IMG/VR virus record: IMGVR_UViG_3300031521_000025
Span: 32,001 to 96,000 of that record
Source of the DNA: a virus
Direction: 5' to 3' (one strand)
DNA: 64,000 nucleotides
Position 1 is the stretch's first letter; every line of letters begins with the position of its first letter. The notes under the pieces were generated by a model, which saw only the letters and a program-made list of their open reading frames with translations, was not told the DNA's origin and searched no databases. Below are positions 48,738-58,699 of the stretch, one piece after another. The translations under genes were made by a program, and so were the position numbers.

Positions 48738-51700
48738 ATGATTAAAGAAAAATTACCACTTAAAATTGCACACATTTCAGATTTGCATATTTTTAACGAA
48801 AAAAGACATAGTGAACATATACATGTTATAGATAATTTAAAAAAACAGTTAATATTAGATAAACCAGATATAATTTATTTAGGAGGAGACATTGTTGATT
48901 CTAAATCAAGAATTAGCCCTGAACAATTAGATATTGTCAACTATTTCTTTTATTCAATGACTGACATATCTCCTGTTATATGCATTATTGGGAATCATGA
49001 TGCTAATTTGTACGTAAAAGAAAAATTAGACGCTTTAACACCGATTATTAACGAATTAAAGCCGGTTAATCCAATATATTTGTTAAGAAATTCTGGAGTT
49101 TACAATTTGTTCAATATAGATTGGATAGTTTGGAGTAGATTAGATGATAAAAACCCACTAGAAGGTTATAAATTTGGAGAAAATTACACTATTGGCTGTT
49201 ATCACGGTCCAGTAGAAGGTTCTATAACAGATTCAGGGTGGAATAAGTTTTCTAAAACAAAAAAAATTGGAGATTTTGAAGATTGTGATACTATTATGTT
49301 AGGAGATATTCACAAATTACAATTTTTCAAAAGTAAAAGCGCTACAAATTACTTTAATTGCGCGTATAGTGGTAGTACTCACCAAATTACAGTTGACGAA
49401 AGTGAAATAAAAGGATATTTGTTATGGCAACTTGATAGTTCTTTGAATACCTTCATTCCAGAGTTTAAGCAAATTGAAAATGATTATTCTGTAAAAACTA
49501 TTCATGTAAAAGATATTGCAACTACAAAATTTAAACCTAGTCAAGTTTTAAGATTAGTAGTTCCTTCAGATATAACAGCTGCCGATACTATTTCTTTGCA
49601 AAATAACATTTCTAACAACATTATTTTCAAAAGAGAAAAAAAAGATTCGATAGTTATTAATGATATTAAATCGGAAGAAAAAAACAAAACTGTTTTAAGC
49701 GAAAAAGAATATTTTTATAAATATTTTAAAAACTTAGGATTAGACGATGATGTGATAAAACAATTAGAAGTTTTAGATGACAAATATAATTTAGCAATAA
49801 ATAACAAATCTTACAATTCTAATGAATATTTTCTTAAAGAATTAGAAATTAAAAACTTTCTTTGTTTTAAAGGAGTGAATAATGTCAATTTTGAAGAAAT
49901 AAATGGACTAGTTGGTTTATTTGGAGAAAATGGAATTGGAAAAAGTTCTTTAATGTTATCAATAATGTTTTGTCTTTTCAATAAAACATTAAAAGATTCT
50001 AATAAATTTATAAAGCTTGTTAACGACCAATTAAATGAAGCTGAAGAAGTTTATGTAATGTTAAAGTTAATTATTAGTGGAGCATTATGGGAAATTAAAA
50101 GAAGTTTAGTAATAAATAGCAAATTTACTTCAGCAACTCCTAAATTAGAAGTATATGAATATGTAAATGGAAAGAAAGCTCCAAGACATAAAGAGGATAG
50201 AATTGCAACAGATAGAGATGTATTATCTTTATTAGTGGGAAATGAAAATATATTTTCTACAACAGTTTTAAGTTCGCAAAACCAACAAGTAGAATTTACT
50301 GATAAAGAAAACGCAGAAAGATTAGAATTAACAAATCAATTTTTAGGGTTAGATGCAAATGCATTAAAACACAAATTAAGCAATCAAGAGTTATTAAAAT
50401 TGAAAGTTGAAAATGAAAATTTAGAAAAAAACATTTTAAACTTAGAACAACCTAACTCTATAGAAGAAAAAAAAGAAAATTCTGAAGAAATTATAAAACT
50501 TCAAGGAGAAATAATTAATAATGAAAGAAAATATATTGATTTAAAAAACAAAGAAAAAGATGTTCTTCAAAATCAATTAAGTAAAATCCCTTTAATTACT
50601 TTTGAAAAAACTTATGAAGAAATGTTGTTATGCGAAGAAGATGAAAATAACAAAATTAAAATTATTGAAACTACAATTAAAACTTTAGAAGAAGAAAATG
50701 AAGAAAAAAAACTAGACTTAATTAAAAACGGAGAAGAGTTAATAACAGCTAATTCTCAAAGTGTTTTAATTTTAAAAGAATGGAAAAAGTTTTCTAAATT
50801 AGATCATTATAGTTGGAATGCAGAAAAAATAGATAATAAAGATATTATTACTTCTTTTAATCTTCAAATAACTTCTATTAAGGAAGATATAAACAAAATA
50901 AGCAAAGAATATGATTTAGTGAAGAAAGAATTAGATGAAAATGAAAATTATTTAATTGAAGAAAAAAAACAAAAAGGAAAAATTTTAAAACTATGGAAAG
51001 AAGAAAAAGATTATTTAGATTGGAATCCAGTTTTAATAAATTATAATGATTTAATAGAATCATACGAAGAACAAATTGTAATAAAAAAAGATTTACTTGA
51101 AAAAGAAATTTGTCCTACGTGCGGCCATAAACAAACTGATATAAAAAAAATTGAAAATGAAATTTTAACGTTACAATTATCGATTAAATCAAAACAAACA
51201 GAAGAAAAGGAATATAACGAAAAAATAGAAGAGTTAAAAAAAATAAAAAAACAACTTTTAGATAAAGATAAAATAATTGATTCTTATAACAATAAAAAAG
51301 AAAACAAAAAAAGTTTATTTGAACAAATAGAAAAAAATAACAACAAAAAAGAAGAAAAATTACAAAAAATAACTGATTGTGAAAACAAAATAGTTAATTT
51401 AACAAAGCAACAAACTGAATCAAACTCGAATAATAACAAAGGGTTAGAAATAATAAAAAAAATTAAAGATAATGCATATTGTATTTCTAATTTTGAAACT
51501 ATTGCAAATAATTTAAATCTTTTTATAGAAAGAAACAACAATAAAATACAAAAACATAAAAATGAAATTGAAACTCATATATTTGAAATAAAAAAAATCA
51601 ATAATGATAAGGAAAAATATTTAGATAACAAGGAAAAAATTAAAGAAAGGAACGAAATTGAAGTTGAACTAAGTAAACTTATTTCTTTGATTCAAGAAAA

Positions 51701-52313
51701 AGAAAATAATTTAACTCCTATTATAAAAATAATTGAAAAAGAAAAAATAAATATTGAAATTTTCAATGATCAATTAAAAAAATACGAAGATAAACTTATT
51801 GAATTAAGAAACCATTCAGATAAGTTAAATTTATATTCTTATTATGTAAATAGTATGAGTAAAAAAGGAATATCTTTATTGATTTTAAAAGATTTTATTC
51901 CTTTTATTAATGATGAATTAAATAACACTTTAACTGATTTGTTTGATTTTAGTATTGAATTTGAAATTTCAGACAAAAATACTTTAGAAATAAGTTTTTG
52001 TTATGATAATTTACCAAAAAAATCAAAAAGGGATATAAATCAAGCTTGCGGAAAAGAAAGTACTATAGTTAATTTAATTATTAGAGCTGCATTGACGAAA
52101 ATAAGTAAATTACCTAAACCTTCTTTGTTGTTGTTAGATGAAAAATTTGCTATGTTAGATAAAAATAATTTATTGAAGCTGCCAAAGTTGCTTGAAAAAC
52201 TAAAAGAACAATATAGTGTTATAATTATGATTACTCATGATGATAATATTAAAGAATGGCCAGATAATTACATTATTTTAAAAAATAATTTAGGTGTTAC
52301 TACCATTGTTTAA
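48738..52313 (+). CDS. Fused Mre11/SbcD nuclease - Rad50/SbcC ATPase
   Basis: HISDLH, GGDIVD, IGNHD, YHG, LGDIH, then Walker A GENGIGKSS, coiled coil with CPTCG hook, LLLDE, ITHD, all in one ORF. Confidence 0.9.
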   Translation: MIKEKLPLKIAHISDLHIFNEKRHSEHIHVIDNLKKQLILDKPDIIYLGGDIVDSKSRISPEQLDIVNYFFYSMTDISPVICIIGNHDANLYVKEKLDALTPIINELKPVNPIYLLRNSGVYNLFNIDWIVWSRLDDKNPLEGYKFGENYTIGCYHGPVEGSITDSGWNKFSKTKKIGDFEDCDTIMLGDIHKLQFFKSKSATNYFNCAYSGSTHQITVDESEIKGYLLWQLDSSLNTFIPEFKQIENDYSVKTIHVKDIATTKFKPSQVLRLVVPSDITAADTISLQNNISNNIIFKREKKDSIVINDIKSEEKNKTVLSEKEYFYKYFKNLGLDDDVIKQLEVLDDKYNLAINNKSYNSNEYFLKELEIKNFLCFKGVNNVNFEEINGLVGLFGENGIGKSSLMLSIMFCLFNKTLKDSNKFIKLVNDQLNEAEEVYVMLKLIISGALWEIKRSLVINSKFTSATPKLEVYEYVNGKKAPRHKEDRIATDRDVLSLLVGNENIFSTTVLSSQNQQVEFTDKENAERLELTNQFLGLDANALKHKLSNQELLKLKVENENLEKNILNLEQPNSIEEKKENSEEIIKLQGEIINNERKYIDLKNKEKDVLQNQLSKIPLITFEKTYEEMLLCEEDENNKIKIIETTIKTLEEENEEKKLDLIKNGEELITANSQSVLILKEWKKFSKLDHYSWNAEKIDNKDIITSFNLQITSIKEDINKISKEYDLVKKELDENENYLIEEKKQKGKILKLWKEEKDYLDWNPVLINYNDLIESYEEQIVIKKDLLEKEICPTCGHKQTDIKKIENEILTLQLSIKSKQTEEKEYNEKIEELKKIKKQLLDKDKIIDSYNNKKENKKSLFEQIEKNNNKKEEKLQKITDCENKIVNLTKQQTESNSNNNKGLEIIKKIKDNAYCISNFETIANNLNLFIERNNNKIQKHKNEIETHIFEIKKINNDKEKYLDNKEKIKERNEIEVELSKLISLIQEKENNLTPIIKIIEKEKINIEIFNDQLKKYEDKLIELRNHSDKLNLYSYYVNSMSKKGISLLILKDFIPFINDELNNTLTDLFDFSIEFEISDKNTLEISFCYDNLPKKSKRDINQACGKESTIVNLIIRAALTKISKLPKPSLLLLDEKFAMLDKNNLLKLPKLLEKLKEQYSVIIMITHDDNIKEWPDNYIILKNNLGVTTIV

Positions 52314-52354
52314 TTTTTTTTTCTTATTTTAAATACATAAATATCACATTTAGA

Positions 52355-52969
52355 ATGGCCTATAGTAAAAATATAAAAGGAATAGCTGGAGAAGTTTTCG
52401 TAAAAAAATATTGCAAAGAAAACAATATTAATTACACAGCAACAAGTGAAACACAAAACAGAGAAGAAGGTATTGATTGCTATATAGATAATATAGCAAT
52501 TGATATAAAAAATACAGATTGTATTTATTTTCTTCAAATTGATTTTAATGGGACTTTTTTAGCTAGACACCCTTTTAGAGATTCAAGCAAAGCTACTCAT
52601 TATTGTTTTGTAGATGTAAACGAGAAAGGTGACGGAAAATTTAAAAGTTTTGTTCCTATAACAAATTATTTGTTAGATAATTATTTTAACAATGCACAAG
52701 ATTTGGAAAGTTTCAAAGAAGCTTTACAAGCAATGAATAACAAAAGTTGTTTTGAATATGGTTCAAGCATAGAGCAGGCAGCTTTTGTTGTTAAAAAAAC
52801 TTTAACTCCTTATTTGAAAAATTCTTATATTTTTTATAATATAAACCGAGACACATTACAATTAGCAGATTTTAAGATAATAATAAAAAAAGAAGAAATA
52901 AAGAAGGTTATGAAAAAAGAAGAGAAGAAAATTAAACCAAAAAGAGAAGTTATTGAAATAAATTTATAA
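52355..52969 (+). CDS. Hypothetical protein, possible PD-(D/E)xK nuclease
   Basis: GIAGE...GIDCYI..IAIDIK pattern. Confidence 0.45.
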   Translation: MAYSKNIKGIAGEVFVKKYCKENNINYTATSETQNREEGIDCYIDNIAIDIKNTDCIYFLQIDFNGTFLARHPFRDSSKATHYCFVDVNEKGDGKFKSFVPITNYLLDNYFNNAQDLESFKEALQAMNNKSCFEYGSSIEQAAFVVKKTLTPYLKNSYIFYNINRDTLQLADFKIIIKKEEIKKVMKKEEKKIKPKREVIEINL

Positions 52970-52974
52970 TTAAG

Positions 52975-53301
52975 ATGTTAAACAATTATTTTTTTGTATT
53001 TAAAATATCTAATTTTGCTGAAAAAGTTTTATTAGATGAAAAAACTTCAAGTTATATAAAGTTTTTCTTGAAGCTAAGGTTAAAAAAAGTTAAATATTTT
53101 GAAACCTTTGATGTTGATGATAGTTCTTATGTTGTAATAGGTTCAGCTTATGTTGAAAAAAATGTTAAGTTGAAAGTTTTTTTTCTTGAATTATATGCAC
53201 ACTTAAAAGATGAAAAAATAAAACCTTCTTTTAAAATGAAAGAGAAAGTAATAAATAATGTTAATTTGAAAATGTTTAAAATATCTAAATTTAAATGGTA
53301 A
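52975..53301 (+). CDS. Hypothetical protein
   Basis: ORF within the operon. Confidence 0.5.
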   Translation: MLNNYFFVFKISNFAEKVLLDEKTSSYIKFFLKLRLKKVKYFETFDVDDSSYVVIGSAYVEKNVKLKVFFLELYAHLKDEKIKPSFKMKEKVINNVNLKMFKISKFKW

Positions 53302-53843
53302 AAATAATAATGCTTTTAGGTGTTTCCAAAAGCGGAAAAGACACAACAGGAGAAGAGCTGGTAAAAAATAATTATATTAGAATAGCCGCTGCAGATAAAG
53401 CAAAACAAGAGTTTTGTGAAATAAATAATATTCCTCTTGAATATCTAATGGTTCAAGGCCCTTTAAAGGAAAAATATAGAGGTGCTTTAATTGAATATGC
53501 AGAAGATAAAAGAAAAATAGATAAATGTTATTGGATAAATAAAGCATTTGAACCATATTTAGATAATGAATCTGTTTTAAAACCAGGTAGATATGTAATA
53601 ACAGACTTTAGAAGAATAGATGAAATAGATTGGTTTTATTCAATGAAAGAAAAAGGAGTTGATGTTAAAATTATTTTAATTGAAAGACCAGGAACTATAG
53701 AAAATGATGTTTTAACTTTAAAAACATTAGCTAGAGCAGCAAGAGAAGCTATTATATATGATAAAATAGTAAATGATTCTTCGTTAGAAGATTTAAAAAT
53801 AAAAATAAATAATCAAATAATTAAAATAAAAGACAATGAGTAA
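53295..53843 (+). CDS. Deoxynucleoside monophosphate kinase-like protein
   Basis: GVSKSGKDT P-loop, AAAD..K, VITDFRRIDE, IVND. Confidence 0.75.
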   Translation: MVKIIMLLGVSKSGKDTTGEELVKNNYIRIAAADKAKQEFCEINNIPLEYLMVQGPLKEKYRGALIEYAEDKRKIDKCYWINKAFEPYLDNESVLKPGRYVITDFRRIDEIDWFYSMKEKGVDVKIILIERPGTIENDVLTLKTLARAAREAIIYDKIVNDSSLEDLKIKINNQIIKIKDNE

Positions 53844-54033
53844 TTTTTATGTAACTTTTAAAAAAAATGGGATTTTAAAAAGAGGTGTATTATCAGAATC
53901 GCAATACAAAGTGTATTCAAGTGATAATTCTGTTTCTAACCTTGAGGTACACCCGTCTCAAAAAACAATGGAAGAATATTATAATATTTCTATTGGAAAA
54001 TCTGGGTCTAGTAAAAGTTTATTGTTAGGGTAA
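53836..54033 (+). CDS. Hypothetical protein
   Basis: Coupled ORF. Confidence 0.55.
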   Translation: MSNFYVTFKKNGILKRGVLSESQYKVYSSDNSVSNLEVHPSQKTMEEYYNISIGKSGSSKSLLLG

Positions 54034-54447
54034 ATGAGCTATACTGAACAAATAAAAAATGCTTATCTTTTTAAAAAAGGATTAAAGCAAAGTTTAACTG
54101 AAAGTGAAGCTAATTTATCTCTTTTATATTCTGAAGAGGAATTAAAAAACATTTTTTACGAAAAAACAGAAAATGTTAAACCTGAAGTTGTAAATAAAAT
54201 GATATTCTTAGCAAAAGAAGCTTTAGATAAACTAAAAGGAGAAGAATATGAAAAACTAAACACAAGTTTCAACAACATCTTAAACGGATGGGAGTTAGGG
54301 CATGGTGAAAAAGTTAAAATTTCAAAACTTAATCAAGAAGAAATTAGAATTCTTTATAAAGATTTGTTAGAATTGTTTAATAAAAATAAAATAAAACTTT
54401 CTTTAGAAGAAATAAATTTAAATTTAATAGATACACTAAATAAATAA
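54034..54447 (+). CDS. Hypothetical protein
   Basis: Coupled ORF. Confidence 0.55.
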   Translation: MSYTEQIKNAYLFKKGLKQSLTESEANLSLLYSEEELKNIFYEKTENVKPEVVNKMIFLAKEALDKLKGEEYEKLNTSFNNILNGWELGHGEKVKISKLNQEEIRILYKDLLELFNKNKIKLSLEEINLNLIDTLNK

Positions 54448-54451
54448 ACAA

Positions 54452-54955
54452 ATGATATATAATCCAAAAAAAGCATTAGAAAATGGGTTTTTAATTGCAC
54501 CAGAGCAAGTTGATTTAGAAAAAAACATACAACAAAATGGAGTAGATGTAGATTGTGACAAAGTTTTTTTGATACAATCTGAACCTTTAATCATAAGTGA
54601 AGATTTTAAATCTGGAACTGGTTCTATAGAAATTCTTCCAGAAAAAGTATACGGTTTGGATGAATCAAAAGAATGGTTTTTTTTAAAAGCAGGGCGTGCA
54701 TATACTTTTGATTCAAGTTTTAATGTAAATGTTCCTAGTTTTTTAGGAGCAAAACTAATAGGAAGGTCAACTTTCAACAGAAATGGAATTTTAATTAGAA
54801 GCTCTTGGTATGATTCAGGTTTTAAAGGAAACGCTGGTGCAACTATATACTGTTTTAGAGATCTTATAATTGAAAAAGGAACTAGAATTGCTCAAATAAT
54901 TTTCGAAGAAGCAGATTCTTCAAGTATGTATAACGGTCAATATCAAAGCAAATAA
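54452..54955 (+). CDS. dUTPase / dCTP deaminase family protein
   Basis: QQNGVD, GRSTFNRNG, WYDSGFKG, GTRIAQIIF, YNGQYQ. Confidence 0.85.
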   Translation: MIYNPKKALENGFLIAPEQVDLEKNIQQNGVDVDCDKVFLIQSEPLIISEDFKSGTGSIEILPEKVYGLDESKEWFFLKAGRAYTFDSSFNVNVPSFLGAKLIGRSTFNRNGILIRSSWYDSGFKGNAGATIYCFRDLIIEKGTRIAQIIFEEADSSSMYNGQYQSK

Positions 54956-54956
54956 T

Positions 54957-55178
54957 ATGATTGTAACAGCGTTAATTATTTCAATTATTTCTTTATTAGT
55001 TGGTATATTTTCAATTTATTCATGCATTCAGTTTGTAAAAAATCTTAAAACTACAGATGATACAATAATAGCTTTAGATAAAAAAGATGATGAAACTAGG
55101 CAAATAATTATGAAAGCTATTAAAAAAGAATTAATTGACACAGATGGTAGTTTAAGAAAAAGTTATGAAATGGAATAA
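54957..55178 (+). CDS. Small membrane protein
   Basis: N-terminal hydrophobic helix. Confidence 0.55.
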   Translation: MIVTALIISIISLLVGIFSIYSCIQFVKNLKTTDDTIIALDKKDDETRQIIMKAIKKELIDTDGSLRKSYEME

Positions 55179-55180
55179 AA

Positions 55181-55609
55181 ATGAGTATAGATTTTAAAAA
55201 AAACAAAAAAGTTGAATTGCTTTTAATAGCACAAACTTTAAACCTAGAAGTAGATAGTGAAACAACAAGAAATGATTTGATTGCTAAAATTGAAGAATAT
55301 GTTTTAATTAACGATACTTCTGAAGAGCAAATTAAAGAAATTTTGTTTCCTTCAATTGAAAAAAACATTACAGATGTTGATTCATCAATTGATCAAAAAG
55401 AACAGTCATTAGAAAATGTTATTAAAATTGATAACCTTGATTCAGAAGTTCTTACAGAAAAAACCCCATTTTCAAAACTAAGTAAAATGGAAAAAGAATG
55501 GGCTACTTTTTTGAAAGATAGAAATATGTCTGCAAGAGAGTTTTTAACCTATAGACCAAAAATACTTCAAAAAGAAATTATTGAATCTTTAGAAAAATAT
55601 GGATATTAA
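55181..55609 (+). CDS. Hypothetical protein
   Basis: ORF; N-terminus weakly resembles a HEH/Rho-N helix pair. Confidence 0.5.
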   Translation: MSIDFKKNKKVELLLIAQTLNLEVDSETTRNDLIAKIEEYVLINDTSEEQIKEILFPSIEKNITDVDSSIDQKEQSLENVIKIDNLDSEVLTEKTPFSKLSKMEKEWATFLKDRNMSAREFLTYRPKILQKEIIESLEKYGY

Positions 55610-56135
55610 TAAATTTAAATTATTAGAAGATGGCGTTGATATCGACAACGCCAGCATTTACTTTTCTGGGCCTATCGAAAGTGATTTTCTATTCTTATTA
55701 AGAACAAGAATAGAAATGTTAAAAATTTACAACAAAGAAAGAAGTAGAGGTAATTCTAGTTTTACTATTAAATTATTTATTGATTCTATTGGAGGTGATT
55801 TAATTTCAACCTTTTGCGCAATAGAATATTTTGAAAGATTAAAAAAAGATAATGTTTTATTAGATATTATTGCAGAGGGTCGGTGTTACTCTTCTGCTTT
55901 AGTATTACTTTTAGGGGCAACAGGAAAGCGCTTTGCAGTTCCTAGTACAATTTTTATGTATCATAAATTTACAAATTACTTACCAGCAAAAGAGTTAAAT
56001 GATTTTATTTCTTTGAAGTTTGAAAAAACTTTAAAGAATTGCGATATTAAAACAATTGAGTTTACTGAAAAGGATTATTATTTTGGAATTAGTGATGCAT
56101 TAAAATATAATGTAATTAATAATATTTTTGTTTAA
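55599..56135 (+). CDS. ClpP-like serine protease subunit
   Basis: IYFSGPI, FIDSIGG, CYSSA (nucleophile), FMYH, DYYF...ALKYNVI. Confidence 0.75.
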   Translation: MDINKFKLLEDGVDIDNASIYFSGPIESDFLFLLRTRIEMLKIYNKERSRGNSSFTIKLFIDSIGGDLISTFCAIEYFERLKKDNVLLDIIAEGRCYSSALVLLLGATGKRFAVPSTIFMYHKFTNYLPAKELNDFISLKFEKTLKNCDIKTIEFTEKDYYFGISDALKYNVINNIFV

Positions 56136-56150
56136 AAAAAAATTTAAAGT

Positions 56151-56990
56151 ATGAGATCACCCGTAAAATTAAGCGAATCAAAAAAAAGACTCTTTTTAGA
56201 ACCAGAAGTCGTAACTTATTTAAAAAACGTTGAAAAGCTTAAAAAGAATTTTACAAAAGATGAAGAAAGAGAGTTAATTATTAGAGCTCAAAAAGGAGAT
56301 ATTGAAGCTAGAAATGCTTTAGTAGAAGATAATTTAAAGTTTGTAGTAGCTTGTGCGAAAGAATTTCATAATCACAAAACAAACATTAGAGATTTAATTA
56401 GTAGCGGTAATTTAGGGTTAATAAATGCAATTAATAAATATGATCTTACAAAAGATTCAAAATTAATATCTTGCGCAGTTTGGTGGATTAAAGCCGAGTT
56501 GCAAAATTACATTTACGACAATACTTTAGTTCACATTCCTCTTAATAAAATTAAAGAAGTTGAAAAAGTTAATGCTAGAATTAAAAGTACAGAAGAAAAA
56601 GGTGATTTTTTAAACGCTGAAGATACATTTTCTTCTTCTAAAGTAAGTTATTCTCAAGCATCAAGTGGAATGGAAAATCTTGTAAGTTTAGACATTTCAA
56701 ATAGTTTAGAAAACGAAGACGCTTACGAAATCCCTTCAAACAATACTATTGATTCTTATAGTATTTTTAAATCTAAAGATAATCTATATAACGTAAATAA
56801 AGTTTTAAAAGTATTAACACCACTTGAAAAAGAATTATTCGTTGAAAAATATGGAATTTATGGAGAAGAAGCTAGAACAGACGAAGTTTTGTGTACAAAG
56901 TTTGGAATAAGTAGTTTTGTTGTAAAAAAAACAATTAAAAGTTCTATTGAAAAAATTAATAAAGTTATTAAAATTGAAGAATTAGTATAA
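56151..56990 (+). CDS. RNA polymerase sigma-70 family factor (group 1/2-like, lacking region 1.1)
   Basis: EERELI, NLKFVVACAK, DLISSGNLGLINAINKYD, ISCAVWWIK, degenerate region 4. Confidence 0.9.
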   Translation: MRSPVKLSESKKRLFLEPEVVTYLKNVEKLKKNFTKDEERELIIRAQKGDIEARNALVEDNLKFVVACAKEFHNHKTNIRDLISSGNLGLINAINKYDLTKDSKLISCAVWWIKAELQNYIYDNTLVHIPLNKIKEVEKVNARIKSTEEKGDFLNAEDTFSSSKVSYSQASSGMENLVSLDISNSLENEDAYEIPSNNTIDSYSIFKSKDNLYNVNKVLKVLTPLEKELFVEKYGIYGEEARTDEVLCTKFGISSFVVKKTIKSSIEKINKVIKIEELV

Positions 56991-56992
56991 TT

Positions 56993-57424
56993 ATGATAAT
57001 CAAGAAAAAATATAAATTTGAAGCTGCATATGTAGATGAAGACGGTGTTCAAGGAGGTAGTTTTGAAATGCATGTAAGTTTTAAACTAAAAACTTCAAAA
57101 GAAGTTTTAGAATCGGTAGAAAAAATTGCAGATAATTTTGATCATTCTATAATGTTTTCTACCACAAACAATAATGTTCTTTTTTTAAAAGATTCATCTG
57201 AAAGAAAAATTATTTTAGAAAATATTCATACAAAAAACATAACTCCGCTTTTATATGCTTATTTAACATTATATAGCATCCCAACTGAAGTTAGAAAGCT
57301 TATTAAACAAATAGAAGTTGATGATACTAAAGATACTTCTTATGTAATAAAACAAAGTGATTTAAAAAAAGAAGAAAAAAAAGATTTTATTCCTTTATTT
57401 AGTATAGAAAATTTAAAAAAATAA
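56993..57424 (+). CDS. Degenerate QueD/PTPS-fold protein
   Basis: MIIKKKYKFEAAY (His replaced by Tyr), no HGH, retains FDH. Confidence 0.5.
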   Translation: MIIKKKYKFEAAYVDEDGVQGGSFEMHVSFKLKTSKEVLESVEKIADNFDHSIMFSTTNNNVLFLKDSSERKIILENIHTKNITPLLYAYLTLYSIPTEVRKLIKQIEVDDTKDTSYVIKQSDLKKEEKKDFIPLFSIENLKK

Positions 57425-57426
57425 AA

Positions 57427-58029
57427 ATGGAAATTAGAAAAGAGTTTACTTTTAAAGGAGCGCATCGTGTATGTAATTGTAGTTCAGATAGATGCAAATA
57501 TTCTATTCATGGTCATAAATATGTAGTCGAAATTTTTATTTCGTCAGAACCAGATGAAAATAATCAAATTTTAGATAACGGCCAAATGGTTTATGATTTT
57601 GGTTTAACAAAAACATCTTTAAAAGATTTTGTAAAATCGTTTGATAACACATATGAGTTATGGAATAAAGAATCTGAAGAATTTAAAAGCAACATCAAAA
57701 AAATAAACAAAAGATGGGTTGAGTTGCCTTTTTCTCCTAGTGCAGAATCATTGTCAATTATGTTTTTAAAAGTTGCAAATACAATTTTAGCTAATACTAC
57801 AACAAACAACGGAGAAAAAAGAATATTTGTTACTAGAGTTAAAGTACACGAAACAAGAACAGGTTATGCAGAAGCAACCATTGAAGATTTGAAATCAATT
57901 AATTATGAAATTAAAGATATTATTTTCTCTCAAGGTGTTTTAGATGCATTTTCTCAAGAATTTAAAGATGTTGTATTTAATAACATAGGTGTTTTTATTA
58001 ATCCTATAGTAGAACAACAAATTTTTTAA
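57427..58029 (+). CDS. queD: 6-carboxy-5,6,7,8-tetrahydropterin synthase
   Basis: FKGAH, C...C..IHGHKY, MVYDFG, PSAE, VKVHET. Confidence 0.88.
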   Translation: MEIRKEFTFKGAHRVCNCSSDRCKYSIHGHKYVVEIFISSEPDENNQILDNGQMVYDFGLTKTSLKDFVKSFDNTYELWNKESEEFKSNIKKINKRWVELPFSPSAESLSIMFLKVANTILANTTTNNGEKRIFVTRVKVHETRTGYAEATIEDLKSINYEIKDIIFSQGVLDAFSQEFKDVVFNNIGVFINPIVEQQIF

Positions 58030-58060
58030 AAAAAGTAATATTTAAGAATAAACTTTTATT

Positions 58061-58699
58061 ATGATTGCAATATCAGCACGAGAAAGAATGGCAATGGTTG
58101 AAAATGGATATAATCCATTAATTGATCAGGACGTAATTAACTTTAGAGAAGGTACAAAGCCACAAGTTGGAGTTAAACATTTTGTAGAAGGAAATGGAGA
58201 ATTTTCTTTTAATAGTTTAGGAGAAAAGCATATGACTTCTATACAAGATCAATATTATGATGAAGATTTTACATCTTCTGTAGCAGAAGAAATTAAAGCA
58301 GAAGTTCCTGAGTTTTTTACTCAAACAAAAGCTTCCAATTCAAGAGAAAGTTTAAAAAACTCTATGGATAATTATAAATCTAAACCAGTTGATTTAAATG
58401 CTAAACTTCAATCTGTAATACAAAACAAAATTGCTCCTCAAACTGTAAAAAAAGAAGGTGTTACTTTAGATGTTGTTAAAAAAGCAGGATATAGTTCAGG
58501 TGCAAAATATTTAAATGCGTTTCATGCATTAATAAAGAGTCCTAGCGAACAAAATAGAAATTTTTTGCTTGAAAAAATTGGAGAAATGTTGCAAGAAGAA
58601 GAAAAATATAAAAATTCTACAGGATATAAGTCTTTCCAAGCAGGATTAGCAGATGCAGAAGCAAAATTGTATAAACTTTTAACAGAAAAAAGAAAATAA
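58061..58699 (+). CDS. Hypothetical protein
   Basis: ORF with upstream TATTTAAG. Confidence 0.6.
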   Translation: MIAISARERMAMVENGYNPLIDQDVINFREGTKPQVGVKHFVEGNGEFSFNSLGEKHMTSIQDQYYDEDFTSSVAEEIKAEVPEFFTQTKASNSRESLKNSMDNYKSKPVDLNAKLQSVIQNKIAPQTVKKEGVTLDVVKKAGYSSGAKYLNAFHALIKSPSEQNRNFLLEKIGEMLQEEEKYKNSTGYKSFQAGLADAEAKLYKLLTEKRK

